A stretch of 64,000 bases of DNA from Verrucomicrobiota bacterium. GTDB taxonomy: Bacteria; Verrucomicrobiota; Verrucomicrobiia; Limisphaerales; Palsa-1400. Below are positions 24,469-35,741 of the stretch, piece by piece. The first letter of the stretch is position 1. Every line of letters starts with the position of its first letter. Position numbers and translations under genes: made by a program. The DNA is taken from NCBI GenBank assembly GCA_049510745.1, contig JBEKYR010000002.1, forward strand, positions 192,001 to 256,000, written 5' to 3'. The notes beneath the pieces were generated by a model. It ran no database searches. It had not been told where the DNA came from and saw only the letters and a list, made by a program, of their open reading frames with translations.

Positions 24469-25755
24469 TCACGGGCGCGCGGCGACGGCCCCGGCTTTCG
24501 CCACCGAATTGGAAAGCACTTCAATGGCCTTGAGCAGTTGAGCGTCGCCGGAAGATTGCAATTGCTCCGGCGTTAACTCGCGTTCCGAGGCGGGCCGGAG
24601 CGGCGCCGTGTCGGGCGGGAGCGCGACCTTCACGTCCGGCTCGATGCCTCGGTGCCAGAAGGAGCGCTTGTCCGGCGTGAGCCATTCCTGCACCGCCAGC
24701 AGCAGGGCGGAGCCGTCGGCGAGCTGGAACTGGCTCAAAACGGTGCCGGTGCCAAAAGTCGTCTCGCCCACGAGCGTGGCGCGGTGGGCGTCGTGGAGGG
24801 CGCCGGCCACGATTTCCGAGTCGCTGGCCGAGCCGCCGTTAATCAGGACGGCCAGCGCCATGTCCGTCGCCAGGCCGCCGGGCCGGACGGGCACCGGCGT
24901 AATGCCGCCCCGGGCGTCCTTTTCCCACAGGACATTGCCCGATTTGAGGAACTGGCTGGCGTTGGTCACGGCTTCGTCCAGGACGCCGCCGGGATTGTTG
25001 CGCAAGTCAAGAATAATGCCTTGGAGGCCCTGCCGCTTGATTTCGAGCAAAGCTCTGCGCAAGTCGGCCGACTCTCCCTCGCTGAACATGGCAATGCGCA
25101 AATGGGCCAGGCTGGTCCCCGGCAGCCGCTGCCAGGTGACGTTGTTGAGCTTGATGGAGGCGCGCACGATTTTGACCTCGCGCCGCTGGCCGTCGCGCGG
25201 ATTGATGACGGTCAATTGGACCGCTTGCCCCGCCTCGCCGGAAATCCGGGCCGAAATCTGGTGCATCGAAAGGCCCGCCACCGGGTGGCCGTCCACCTGC
25301 AGGATGACATCGCCCGGCCGCACGCCGGCCAGTTGCGCCGGCGAGCCGTCGATCGGCGCCACGACCACCGCCTGGCGGTCGCGCGACTGGATTTCGATGC
25401 CGACGCCGGTCAGCCTGCCCTGGACGGCGGACCCCGCCTTGCGCGCCTGGGGTGGAGTCAGGTAAACACTGTGGCCGGTGTCGCCGAGGGCTTCGGCCAT
25501 GCCGTTGATGGCGCCCTGGGTCATGGCGGCGTGGCGGACGGCGGCCCGGTCCACGTAGAATCTGTCAATTGTATTCCAGGCCTGGGCCATCAGCCGGAAG
25601 TCGTCCTTGGCGTCCGCGGGCATCCCGCTCCGCAAAATCCAGCGCTCCAGCGCGGCGCCGCCGCTTAACGCCATCACCAGGGCGAGCGTCACCACGAATC
25701 CTCTCCGGATGCGGAAGGAAAAGAGCGTCAACTTTTCGCCTGGGGCGGCATTCAT
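24469..25755 (-). CDS. S41-family C-terminal processing protease (CtpA-like) with variant active site
   Basis: PDZ GVGI, LDLRNNPGG, SASDSE, GETTFGTGTV, GIEPD. Confidence 0.9.
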   Translation of the reverse strand: MNAAPGEKLTLFSFRIRRGFVVTLALVMALSGGAALERWILRSGMPADAKDDFRLMAQAWNTIDRFYVDRAAVRHAAMTQGAINGMAEALGDTGHSVYLTPPQARKAGSAVQGRLTGVGIEIQSRDRQAVVVAPIDGSPAQLAGVRPGDVILQVDGHPVAGLSMHQISARISGEAGQAVQLTVINPRDGQRREVKIVRASIKLNNVTWQRLPGTSLAHLRIAMFSEGESADLRRALLEIKRQGLQGIILDLRNNPGGVLDEAVTNASQFLKSGNVLWEKDARGGITPVPVRPGGLATDMALAVLINGGSASDSEIVAGALHDAHRATLVGETTFGTGTVLSQFQLADGSALLLAVQEWLTPDKRSFWHRGIEPDVKVALPPDTAPLRPASERELTPEQLQSSGDAQLLKAIEVLSNSVAKAGAVAARP

Positions 25756-25802
25756 GGAAGCGTAAGAGTACGAGCAGGATTAGGAATAGGAACCAAAAAC
25801 GG

Positions 25803-26306
25803 CTACATTTGTGTGATCTCCGGGCGGAGGGGTTCCAGGTCGGGGTCTTGCAGGGACATTTGCTTGAGTTGGCGGGCGTCGCCCAGTTTGAAGGCTTCGC
25901 GCAGCCAAGTGCGCGCCTGGGTCAAATTGCCCAACTGGCATTCGTAGCAGGCCAGGTTGTAGGCGATCAACGGCTCGTTCGGAAAGCGCTGGCGGGCGGC
26001 GGCCAGGATGGCTTTGGCGGGGGAAATGCCGCCGCCCGGTCTGCGGCGCGCGGCGTAGGCCTGGGCGATCCAGGCGCCGCGCTCGCCCGGGGCGGTCTTG
26101 GTCCAGGCGGAGGCGGTTTCGGCCGCCAATTCCCAGTGGCCGGCCTTGGCCAGGATTTCATACCGCACCGCCAGGACATCGGGGTGCGAGGAGAAGGCGG
26201 GGTTGACGTGTTTCAGTTCCTCGCCGGCTTCCTGCCAATTGCCCAAGCCCAGCCAGCCGGCAGCGGCGGAGACAAAATGCGAATCGGGCGGCGGCAGCGG
26301 TTTCAT
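25803..26306 (-). CDS. TPR-like protein
   Basis: Helical repeats ending YNLACYECQLG..WLREAF..DPDLEPL. Confidence 0.8.
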   Translation of the reverse strand: MKPLPPPDSHFVSAAAGWLGLGNWQEAGEELKHVNPAFSSHPDVLAVRYEILAKAGHWELAAETASAWTKTAPGERGAWIAQAYAARRRPGGGISPAKAILAAARQRFPNEPLIAYNLACYECQLGNLTQARTWLREAFKLGDARQLKQMSLQDPDLEPLRPEITQM

Positions 26307-27694
26307 CAGTCCAGATTAATCGGTTGGTAGCGCGGCACGAGCAGTTTCATCATTGCCCAGGCAGCCAGGTAACTCAACGCGCAAATGATGAACATGAAAT
26401 GGTAGGCCGTCTGCGGGGCCTTTTGGAAATGATCGTTGAGCGCGCCGGCAATTTTTTGGATGATCACCCCGCCGATGCCGCCGGCCATGGTGCCGATGCC
26501 CGTGACCGAGGCGACGGCTTTTTTCGGAAACATATCGGATACGGTCGTGAACAAATTTGACGACCACGCCTGATGCGCGGCGGCGCCGACGCAGATTGCG
26601 GCCACGGCGAGCACGGCCGCCATTTCCCCGAATTGACTGACGTTGCCGAAGTATTGCGTGGTCAAAACGGCGAGCGGAAAAAGGGCGATCAGGAACATGG
26701 CCGTCATGCGCGCCTTGTAAACCTCCATTCCTCTTTTGATGAGGGTCATCGGAATGATGCCGCCATAAACGCTGCCCACGATGGCGACGCCATACACGAT
26801 GAAGGTGGGCAGCATGACCTCGTGCTTGGTCATGCCGAATTGTTTTTTCAGATAGTCTGGCAGCCAGAAAAGGTAGAACCACCAGACGCCATCGGTCATG
26901 AATTTGCCGAAAAAGAAGGCCCACGTCTGGCGGAAGCCAAAAAGGCTGCCCCACGAAACTTTTTTTGTCCTGTCGCCGGCTTGCTGGTCGGCGGCCGCCT
27001 GGTCGTCAATATGAATATAATCGTACTCGGCTTTGGAAAGCCGTTTTTGCCGCGCGGGAATTTCGTAAAGCCAAAACCAGAAAATCAGCCAGAAAAAACC
27101 CGCCGCGCCGGTCAGAATGAAAGCCATTTTCCATCCCTGCGCGTCCCCGAAATGAATCAGGCACCAGGGAACAAACAAGGCGGAGACCATGGCGCCAAAA
27201 TTTGAGCCGCTGTTGAAGATGCCGGTGGCCAGGGCGCGTTCGCGTTTGGGAAACCATTCCGCGACGGTTTTGATGGAGGCGGGAAAATTTCCGGCTTCGC
27301 CGATGCCGAAGGCGCTTCGGATAAAGATGTGCATCAGGACGAGGCGTCCGACGAAGGCGTTGAGGATTCCAAAAATCGACCAAATGATGAGGGAAAGGGC
27401 CAGTCCCAATTTCGTCCCGATTTTGTCAATGACCCAGCCGGCAAGGATGGTCATGCCGGCGTAAAACGCGGTGAAGGCGGAGGTCAAATTGGCAAAGTCG
27501 GTGTTCGACCAACCAAAGCCGCCCTGCGCCGCCGGGGAGCAGAAAAACTCCTTCAGGTAGCTGATGACCTGCCGGTCCATGTAATTGACAGTTGTGGCGA
27601 AAAACAGCAGGCCGCAGATGACCCAGCGATAGTTGCCGGCGATCAACCCTGGCGCCCCGGCGGTTTCGGGCGCGTCTTTAACCGGGGAGGACAT
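26306..27694 (-). CDS. exuT: MFS hexuronate transporter (ExuT-like)
   Basis: YRWVICGLLFFATTVNYMDRQ, EAGNFPASIKTVAEWFP..ERALATGIFNSG, WFYLFWLP. Confidence 0.85.
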   Translation of the reverse strand: MSSPVKDAPETAGAPGLIAGNYRWVICGLLFFATTVNYMDRQVISYLKEFFCSPAAQGGFGWSNTDFANLTSAFTAFYAGMTILAGWVIDKIGTKLGLALSLIIWSIFGILNAFVGRLVLMHIFIRSAFGIGEAGNFPASIKTVAEWFPKRERALATGIFNSGSNFGAMVSALFVPWCLIHFGDAQGWKMAFILTGAAGFFWLIFWFWLYEIPARQKRLSKAEYDYIHIDDQAAADQQAGDRTKKVSWGSLFGFRQTWAFFFGKFMTDGVWWFYLFWLPDYLKKQFGMTKHEVMLPTFIVYGVAIVGSVYGGIIPMTLIKRGMEVYKARMTAMFLIALFPLAVLTTQYFGNVSQFGEMAAVLAVAAICVGAAAHQAWSSNLFTTVSDMFPKKAVASVTGIGTMAGGIGGVIIQKIAGALNDHFQKAPQTAYHFMFIICALSYLAAWAMMKLLVPRYQPINLD

Positions 27695-27708
27695 GATTCA
27701 GTGTTTGG

Positions 27709-28986
27709 TCATTGGCCGCCGGACACAAGGGAAATTTGCGGCACGCGGGCGTCGGCGGGATCGGCCCAGCGGTTGTTCGGGATGGTCGGCGCCCAACCGG
27801 GCCGCAACGGGTCCTGGTCGTAGGGATAGCCGCCCAGCCTCTTGTAAAGTTCGGCATACTCCGCCAGCTTGCCGCGGTCGAGGCGGACGCCCAGACCGGG
27901 GCCGGAGGGCACGCGGATGGCGCCGTTCTCGTAGCGCATCTGGCCGCCCTCGATGATGTCGCCGGTCAAATGATGATAATGAGCGTCGGCCGCGAAGGTG
28001 AGATTGGGCAGGACGGCGCCGAGGTGGAGCATGGTCGCCAGTTGAATGCCCAGCTCGCCGGAGGAATGCACGGCCACGCCCAGTTGGAAGGTGTCGCAAA
28101 CGGCGGCCGCCTTGACGCATTGGCGGATGCCGCCCCAAAAGGTGGTGTCAAGCAGAATTACATCGACGGCCGTGTCCAGCACGTTGGCCGCCAGTTGCTC
28201 GAAGTTCACCACCACCGTGTTGGTCGCGAGCGGCACCCGCGCCAGTTGCCGGACGCGCCGCATCCCGTTGAGGCCGAAGACCGGGTCCTCCAGGTAATCG
28301 TTGTTCAGCCCCTCGATGGCCTGGGCGAAGCGGATGGACTGCTCGGTGGACCAGACGCCGTTGGGATCGAACCGGAAGCGGTCGCCCGGGAGCGAGGCGG
28401 CCAGCGCGCGGTAGCATTCCAACTCATAGTCCGGCGGGAACACGCCGCCTTTGAGTTTGTGGGAAGTGAAGCCGAAGCGCCGCTTGTTGGCGGCCGCCTC
28501 CGCCACCAGTTGGCCCGGTTCGCGCACTTCGCCCAGTCCGGTTTTGGCGTTGGGATAGCGGAAGAACAAGTAGGAAGCAAACGGCACCGTGTCCTGCAAT
28601 TTGCCGCCGAGAATGTCATAGACCGGCACGCCCCATTTCTGGCCGAGGATGTCCAGGCAGGCGAATTCCAGCGCGGCCAGCATTTGGGTGCGATTGTTGT
28701 AAAGCGAGGCGGTGGGATTGCTGATGCGAAAGCGCATCTCCTCCAGCCGCGCCGGATCGTGTCCGGCCAGATACGGCTTGAGCGCGCGCAGGGCCGCTTC
28801 GGCCGATTCGCCGCCGCCGCCCAATTCGCCCAGGCCGGTGATGCCTTCGTCGGTTTCGACCTCGACGACGGTGCGGACAAAGCGGCCCCAATGACAGCCG
28901 TTGGCGTGGCGCAAGGGAGCTTCCAGGGGGACCGTGACGGTCGTGGCTTTGATGTCGGTGATCTTCATTTTTGACAGGTTGCTCAT
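27709..28986 (-). CDS. Enolase-superfamily sugar-acid dehydratase (glucarate dehydratase-related)
   Basis: [38 protein letters not shown]. Confidence 0.85.
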   Translation of the reverse strand: MSNLSKMKITDIKATTVTVPLEAPLRHANGCHWGRFVRTVVEVETDEGITGLGELGGGGESAEAALRALKPYLAGHDPARLEEMRFRISNPTASLYNNRTQMLAALEFACLDILGQKWGVPVYDILGGKLQDTVPFASYLFFRYPNAKTGLGEVREPGQLVAEAAANKRRFGFTSHKLKGGVFPPDYELECYRALAASLPGDRFRFDPNGVWSTEQSIRFAQAIEGLNNDYLEDPVFGLNGMRRVRQLARVPLATNTVVVNFEQLAANVLDTAVDVILLDTTFWGGIRQCVKAAAVCDTFQLGVAVHSSGELGIQLATMLHLGAVLPNLTFAADAHYHHLTGDIIEGGQMRYENGAIRVPSGPGLGVRLDRGKLAEYAELYKRLGGYPYDQDPLRPGWAPTIPNNRWADPADARVPQISLVSGGQ

Positions 28987-29161
28987 TCAACTGCCAGAAC
29001 TGACGCGAAAAGCCAAGGAGATTAGTGGCAGCATGAACGGGCAAGAATGAAGTCAAGCGGCGCAGCGGTCGCGCCGGATGGCGGGTAGCTTATACGAAAT
29101 ACCGCACACAAAAGTCACAACCGGCATTGACATGGCGAATGAAGTTTTCTAGGTTTCGCGC

Positions 29162-29320
29162 ATGGCGAAAAAGGCCTCCCGAGAAGAACTCGTTGCCGCG
29201 CCCCGGCGAAAATCCTCTGCGCTGGTGTACAACTGCGACTGGCACGCCGACCATTATTCCAAAGTCATCGGCGACGACATTTTTGGCGAAAATAATTTTC
29301 AAAACGAAATCGTTCGGTAA
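29162..29320 (+). pseudogene. 52-aa relic of a beta-class (N6_N4) DNA methyltransferase
   Basis: MAKKASREELVAAPRRKSSALVYNCDWHADHYSKVIGDDIFGENNFQNEIVR* contains the CDWHA.HY.KV..D.IFG..NF.NEI motif; not in the ORF track. Confidence 0.75.
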
Positions 29321-29333
29321 AAACTGTTCTGCA

Positions 29334-31718
29334 ATGAAATTGGTTAAACACCCCTTCGACGAAGCCGTAATCGCCGAAACGCATCCTTCGCATTACATGA
29401 TGCACAAGTATTGGGCGCGAAAACCGTCGAATGTGGTCGGCCGTTACATTGAGTATTACACGAAGCCGGGTGACATCGTGCTTGATCCGTTTATGGGCAG
29501 CGGAGTCACCATTATTGAATCAACTCGGCTAGGACGAAATGGGATTGGCGTGGACTTGAATCCAGTCGCTTGCTTCATAGCGCGAATGACGTTGGCGCCA
29601 GTTGACATTTTAAAACTTCAGCAGGCCTATGAGCGTGTTCAAACAGCGGTCAAAGAGGAAATTTACTCAACTTATCTTGTTGAATGCTCGAATGAAAAAT
29701 GCGGCAAAGGTGCGCTTGCCACCCATATTGTTTGGCAGCGGGACAAATTTAAGGGTGAAAAAATTTTTCTTTTGAAAGTCGCGTGTCCACATTGCGGTAG
29801 GCGCGAAAAACGAAAACCAACAGATGCTGATCTTGCAGGTTACGCAAAAGTCTCAAAACAAAAAATTCCATTCTTTTATCCCAAGAATGTCAAACTGCAT
29901 TCGACTGCCAAGCGCAGCGTCGAGTGTATTGACCAATTGTTTACCCGTCGCGCTCTGATTAACCTTTCGCATCTTCACCAGGCGATTCAAAAGGAAAACG
30001 GCATCTTGCGAGAATTGCTGATGTTCACGCTGACTTCAACGCTTGCTCAAGTCAGCCGAATGCCGCCATACGCGCCTTCGAGCGGAATCAGTTGGAAAGT
30101 TCCAAACTATTGGGTGCCGCCGCTTCATTGGGAGCAAAATGTTTGGGATGCTTTTGAAGAACGGTTCAAAAAAGTCATCAAAGGCAAAAAAGAATCTGCG
30201 GAAATTCTCAAATCAGACAGTGCAAAGGTTTTCAATGGCGATGCAACCAACTTAAAACTAATCGCATCAGATTCTGTTGACTATATTTTTACCGATCCGC
30301 CATACGGTGACGCCGTTCCCTATTTTGGTTTATCGTTAATGTGGGCGGCGTGGCTTGGCCTGGACAAGCAATTGGATTTTGAGAAGGAAATTATCGTTTC
30401 AGAACGCGGCGATTACGAGCAGGAGCTTGAAGATTATCGCAGGATGCTCAAGGATGCTTTTGGGGAGATCTTTCGCGTTTTGAGAAACAACGGTACGGTC
30501 ACGGTGACTTTTCACAACCGCGAGATTCGCGTCTGGAACGCCTTGGTCGCAGCGGCGTTTGAGGCTGGATTTGTTTATGAAAACGACAATTATGTTTTGC
30601 CGGCGGTAAAATCTTCCAAGTCGCAACTCGCCGCGAGCGGAAGCATGACGGGCGATATCTACATCAATTTCCGCAAACCCGCAAAAGTCCGGGAGCAGCG
30701 GGAACTGACTTTTGACGAGGTAAATCAAATTATGAGTGATGAGGCGAAGTTGATTATTCAATCGCGTAACGGACAGGCGACGACGGATCAGCTTGCGCGC
30801 GGAATTTATTCGCATCTCATCAAGGAAAATCTTTTCAACAAGGTGCCGAGCACGGACATTCAAAAAGTGTTGATGGGTTTGCCGATTGTCCAAGTCATGC
30901 CGAACGTCTGGTCGCTTCATAAAACCGAACCAGAAACGATGCTCGCTTATATTCCCCTCACCCGACGCGTGGAGTTCATTGTTGACAGTGTTTTGGAAAG
31001 CAACCGCAAGCAAGGCTATGAACTGGATGATTTTCTTGTCCCGATTTTCACGCAATTAAAAAATGGTCTGACGCCTGAAGGCAAAGAAATCATGGGGGTT
31101 CTTCGGCAGCGTGCCGACGTCAAACGCGACAAATGGTATCCGGCACGCGAACACCAGCCGGAATTGATTGCCGAATATGAAGTTCCAAAAAAACAAGTGC
31201 TTCCGGAAGAAGATCTGCGCGAGCATGAGCAGTTTATTTATCAACTGGCGAAGCTGGGAAGGGAATTGGGTTTTGAGATTTGGGTCGGTAGGAACGAGCA
31301 GAACAAAAGCGAACTTCTGCAAAATTTAAGTGTCAGGCGGCTTGAAATTCCGGGGCTGAACGAGGAATTTATCTCTCAAAACCGGATAGATCAGATTGAC
31401 TTAATTTGGATGAATTCTGATGACGCAAAATATGTTGCCTTTGAAATTGAGAATTCCACAGGTGTCGTTTCGGGAATCAATCGTTTGAGCAATTTGACTG
31501 GAAAATTGAAGCATCTCAAAATTCCGGCTTACGTTGTCATTCCGGATAAATTTCGCAACATGGCGCAGAAAATTTTTGCTTCACCAAGCGGGCGCATTCT
31601 CGACAGCGAGCATCGCCGCGTGATCGTGTACTCAAAACTGCTTCATCACATTGATTTGTTGCAGAAGAAATTGATTTCACCGGCGGATTTGTTGGAAAGC
31701 ATTTCAGAGGTGGCATGA
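29334..31718 (+). CDS. Zn-ribbon amino-DNA methyltransferase fused to a C-terminal putative PD-(D/E)xK-like domain
   Basis: HKYWARKP, VLDPFMGSG (motif I), CSNEKC..CPHC, FTDPPY (motif IV); C-terminal IDLIW..AFEIENST; lower GC than the flanks. Confidence 0.85.
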   Translation: MKLVKHPFDEAVIAETHPSHYMMHKYWARKPSNVVGRYIEYYTKPGDIVLDPFMGSGVTIIESTRLGRNGIGVDLNPVACFIARMTLAPVDILKLQQAYERVQTAVKEEIYSTYLVECSNEKCGKGALATHIVWQRDKFKGEKIFLLKVACPHCGRREKRKPTDADLAGYAKVSKQKIPFFYPKNVKLHSTAKRSVECIDQLFTRRALINLSHLHQAIQKENGILRELLMFTLTSTLAQVSRMPPYAPSSGISWKVPNYWVPPLHWEQNVWDAFEERFKKVIKGKKESAEILKSDSAKVFNGDATNLKLIASDSVDYIFTDPPYGDAVPYFGLSLMWAAWLGLDKQLDFEKEIIVSERGDYEQELEDYRRMLKDAFGEIFRVLRNNGTVTVTFHNREIRVWNALVAAAFEAGFVYENDNYVLPAVKSSKSQLAASGSMTGDIYINFRKPAKVREQRELTFDEVNQIMSDEAKLIIQSRNGQATTDQLARGIYSHLIKENLFNKVPSTDIQKVLMGLPIVQVMPNVWSLHKTEPETMLAYIPLTRRVEFIVDSVLESNRKQGYELDDFLVPIFTQLKNGLTPEGKEIMGVLRQRADVKRDKWYPAREHQPELIAEYEVPKKQVLPEEDLREHEQFIYQLAKLGRELGFEIWVGRNEQNKSELLQNLSVRRLEIPGLNEEFISQNRIDQIDLIWMNSDDAKYVAFEIENSTGVVSGINRLSNLTGKLKHLKIPAYVVIPDKFRNMAQKIFASPSGRILDSEHRRVIVYSKLLHHIDLLQKKLISPADLLESISEVA

Positions 31719-31969
31719 ATTCTTTAACTGACACGGCTCGCTCCGCCGCCCACGTGGATGGCTGGATCGTCGTCCGCATGGAAAGTGGCGCGGAGATTCG
31801 ATTTCCGGTGGCGGAGAATCCACGACTGGCGGCTGGCACGCACCCGCAGTTGAATCATATCGAGATTTCCCCGTTCGGTCTTCACTGGCCTGATCTGGAT
31901 GAGGACTTGTCTTTTCACGGGTTGCTCGAAGGCAATCACGGGCAGTTTCAGAACAAGGTTAAGGTCTGA
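31715..31969 (+). CDS. DUF2442-family antitoxin-like protein
   Basis: PRLAAGT..QL..IEISPFGLHWPDLDEDLS; 4-nt overlap with the MTase stop. Confidence 0.85.
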   Translation: MNSLTDTARSAAHVDGWIVVRMESGAEIRFPVAENPRLAAGTHPQLNHIEISPFGLHWPDLDEDLSFHGLLEGNHGQFQNKVKV

Positions 31970-32020
31970 CGGGCACATTTACCGCCCGTACTGCCGCACA
32001 GAGATTCTGAAACATGTGCC

Positions 32021-32064
32021 CGGCGAGACGCCAGGCACGGCGGGCGCGGACGCCCGCGCTCCCC
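32021..32064. repeat. REP-like GC-rich palindromes
   Basis: cggcgagacgcc followed by GCGGGCG-cgga-CGCCCGC-gctcccc. Confidence 0.5.
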
Positions 32065-32169
32065 AAAGATTGCCAAGGTGCATCGCAACTTCATTGTTGC
32101 GATAGTAGTCGTCCGGCAGAATAGGGCTGACAACGGCGGGCGAGGCCTCTAAGTTGCGGGCGGCGATCT

Positions 32170-33675
<1,506 letters not shown>

Positions 33676-33782
33676 GGAGCTTTTGGCCTTGTGGCTCCGC
33701 GCATAAGCGAGTAAACATGAACCATAAGGAAGGTGCGCAAAAGGCAGGTCAAGTTCCTGCCCGGAGCGCGATGTTTTGGAAA

Positions 33783-34025
33783 ATGAAGAAGTTATTCGCA
33801 GGGCTGGCGGCGGCGCTGTTGCTGGCCGGGTGCGCTCATCGCTATGATCTGACCCTCACCAACGGCATCCGGGTGACCAATATCAGCAAGCCCGTGCTGG
33901 ACCGCCAGGCGGGCGTGTACACCTACAAGGACATCACCGGGCGCCGGAGACAGATTCCCGCCTCGCGCGTGGAGGTAATCGAACCGCATTCCAACAAGAA
34001 GGTCACAAACCAGTTTGGGCAATAA
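33783..34025 (+). CDS. Small lipoprotein (YgdI/YgdR-like)
   Basis: MKKLFAGLAAALLLAGC lipobox; Y..TLTNG..SKP.LD...YTYKD..G. Confidence 0.8.
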   Translation: MKKLFAGLAAALLLAGCAHRYDLTLTNGIRVTNISKPVLDRQAGVYTYKDITGRRRQIPASRVEVIEPHSNKKVTNQFGQ

Positions 34026-34614
34026 CAAAACGCTCGACGAACTTGCCCAGCAGGTCGGTTTCCAGGTTGACGGCGTCCCCGACCCGCCGCTCGCTCAAAG
34101 CGGTCACCGAGCGGGTGTGCGGAATGATCCAAATGTCGAAGCTTTTGCGGCGCGCGGCCGCGACCGTCAGGCTGATGCCGTCCACCGCAATGGAGCCTTT
34201 GAAGACGACGTAGCGCATGATGTCCGGCGGCGCGGCCACCTCCAGCAGGTAATCCTTGCCCGCCTTTTCCCAGCGCACGATTTTTCCCAAGCCGTCGATG
34301 TGACCGTTGACGAAGTGCCCACCCATCCTGTCGCCCACCCGCAAGGCGCGTTCCAAATTGACGCCCGATCCGGGCCGGGCGAATTGCAGATTGGTGCGGC
34401 GCCAGCTTTCCTGCAACAGCGCGAATTGGAGCAGTTTGTCCTTCCCGCGGGCGCGCACTTTTTCCGCCGTCAGGCAGCAGCCGTTGACGGCGAGGCTGTC
34501 GCCCGCTTTAAGGCCGCGCCCGCAGAGGCGGGCGCGCACCCACAATTCAATCGCGGCGGCGGCGGGCCGGATGGCTTCGACGCACCCCGTTTCTTCGACA
34601 ATTCCGGTGAACAT
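34003..34614 (-). CDS. ribE: Riboflavin synthase
   Basis: MFTGIVEE, AVNGCCLT, VNLERAL..GGHFV.GHIDG, KGSIAVDGISLT. Confidence 0.97.
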   Translation of the reverse strand: MFTGIVEETGCVEAIRPAAAAIELWVRARLCGRGLKAGDSLAVNGCCLTAEKVRARGKDKLLQFALLQESWRRTNLQFARPGSGVNLERALRVGDRMGGHFVNGHIDGLGKIVRWEKAGKDYLLEVAAPPDIMRYVVFKGSIAVDGISLTVAAARRKSFDIWIIPHTRSVTALSERRVGDAVNLETDLLGKFVERFVIAQTGL

Positions 34615-34615
34615 A

Positions 34616-35734
34616 TCAGTGTCTTTGCGCCGTTTCCGCCGTCCGCGCTGTCAAAAATATATCCGCGCCGAGGCGGCGCCAGACGAGGCCGCGCAACCGG
34701 ATCCCGTCTTGCAGCCGGGCCGCGCCTTCGCCCGCAACGGCCTTGGGGGCGGCGCGCCCGCCCAGGACCAGCGGAGCATAAAAGAAGGCGACCCTCTGCG
34801 CCAGACCTTGCGCCAAAAAACAGGCATTGGTCTCGCCGCCGCCTTCCACCAGCAGGGCCGTGACGTTTTCCCGCCCCAACCGATCCAGCAGCCAGCGCAA
34901 GTCAATGCCCCCGCCCGCCGTGGGCGCGGTTAGCACGCGCACCTTTTCGCGCAGGGCATCCACGCGCCGTTGCGGGGCGGCGCGGGTCACGACCACGATG
35001 GTCGAGGCGGCGGCGGAGTCGGAAACGACCTTGGAGCAGAGCGGCGTGCGGGCGCGCGCATCCAGAATGATCCGCCGCCACGGTTTGTCCGCCGTGCCCG
35101 GCCTGCGCGCGGTCAAACTGGGATCATCGCGCAAAATAGTATTGATGCCGACCAGAATGGCGTCGGCGCCCGCCCTCAACCTCATCCCGCAGGCTTTGGC
35201 TCTCTCGCCGGTGATCCACTTGGATTCGCCCGTGACGGTGGCGATCTTGCCATCGAGCGACATGGCGGCTTTGACCGTGACGAACGGGCGCCGGCGCACG
35301 ATCCAATGGTTGAACGCTTCGTTCAAGGCGGCCGCTTCGTCCGCCAGCAGGCCCGCGCTGACCGCGATGCCGGCCCGCCGCAAAATTTTAAATCCGCGTC
35401 CGCAATGGGCCGGATTCGGGTCGCGCGCGGCGGCGACGATGCGCCGGATGCCGGCGGCGATAATTGCCTCCGTGCAGGGCGGGGTGCGGCCTTGGGTGCA
35501 GCACGGTTCGAGAGTCACGAACAGGGTGCTTCCTTCCGCGCCGCCGTTTTTGCGCGCGTCCGCCAGCGCTTCAACCTCGGCGTGAGGGCCGCCGGCGCGG
35601 CGATGCCAGCCCCGGCCAATGACGGCGCCATTGCGAACCAGGACCGCTCCGACCATCGGATTGGGCGAGGTGCATCCAAAGCCGCGCCGGGCCAGGCGCA
35701 AGGCCAGCCGCATGAAATGCAGATCGGACGGCAT
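34616..35734 (-). CDS. ribD: Riboflavin biosynthesis deaminase/reductase
   Basis: PNPMVGAV, HAEV, TLEPC..GRTPPC, SLDGKIA, VEGG. Confidence 0.97.
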   Translation of the reverse strand: MPSDLHFMRLALRLARRGFGCTSPNPMVGAVLVRNGAVIGRGWHRRAGGPHAEVEALADARKNGGAEGSTLFVTLEPCCTQGRTPPCTEAIIAAGIRRIVAAARDPNPAHCGRGFKILRRAGIAVSAGLLADEAAALNEAFNHWIVRRRPFVTVKAAMSLDGKIATVTGESKWITGERAKACGMRLRAGADAILVGINTILRDDPSLTARRPGTADKPWRRIILDARARTPLCSKVVSDSAAASTIVVVTRAAPQRRVDALREKVRVLTAPTAGGGIDLRWLLDRLGRENVTALLVEGGGETNACFLAQGLAQRVAFFYAPLVLGGRAAPKAVAGEGAARLQDGIRLRGLVWRRLGADIFLTARTAETAQRH

Positions 35735-35741
35735 AGAGAAT

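Noticed and set aside
29127..29333. 69-aa N-terminal extension of the methyltransferase
   Set aside because: Overlaps the relic ORF in another frame; ATG 29334 is the better start.
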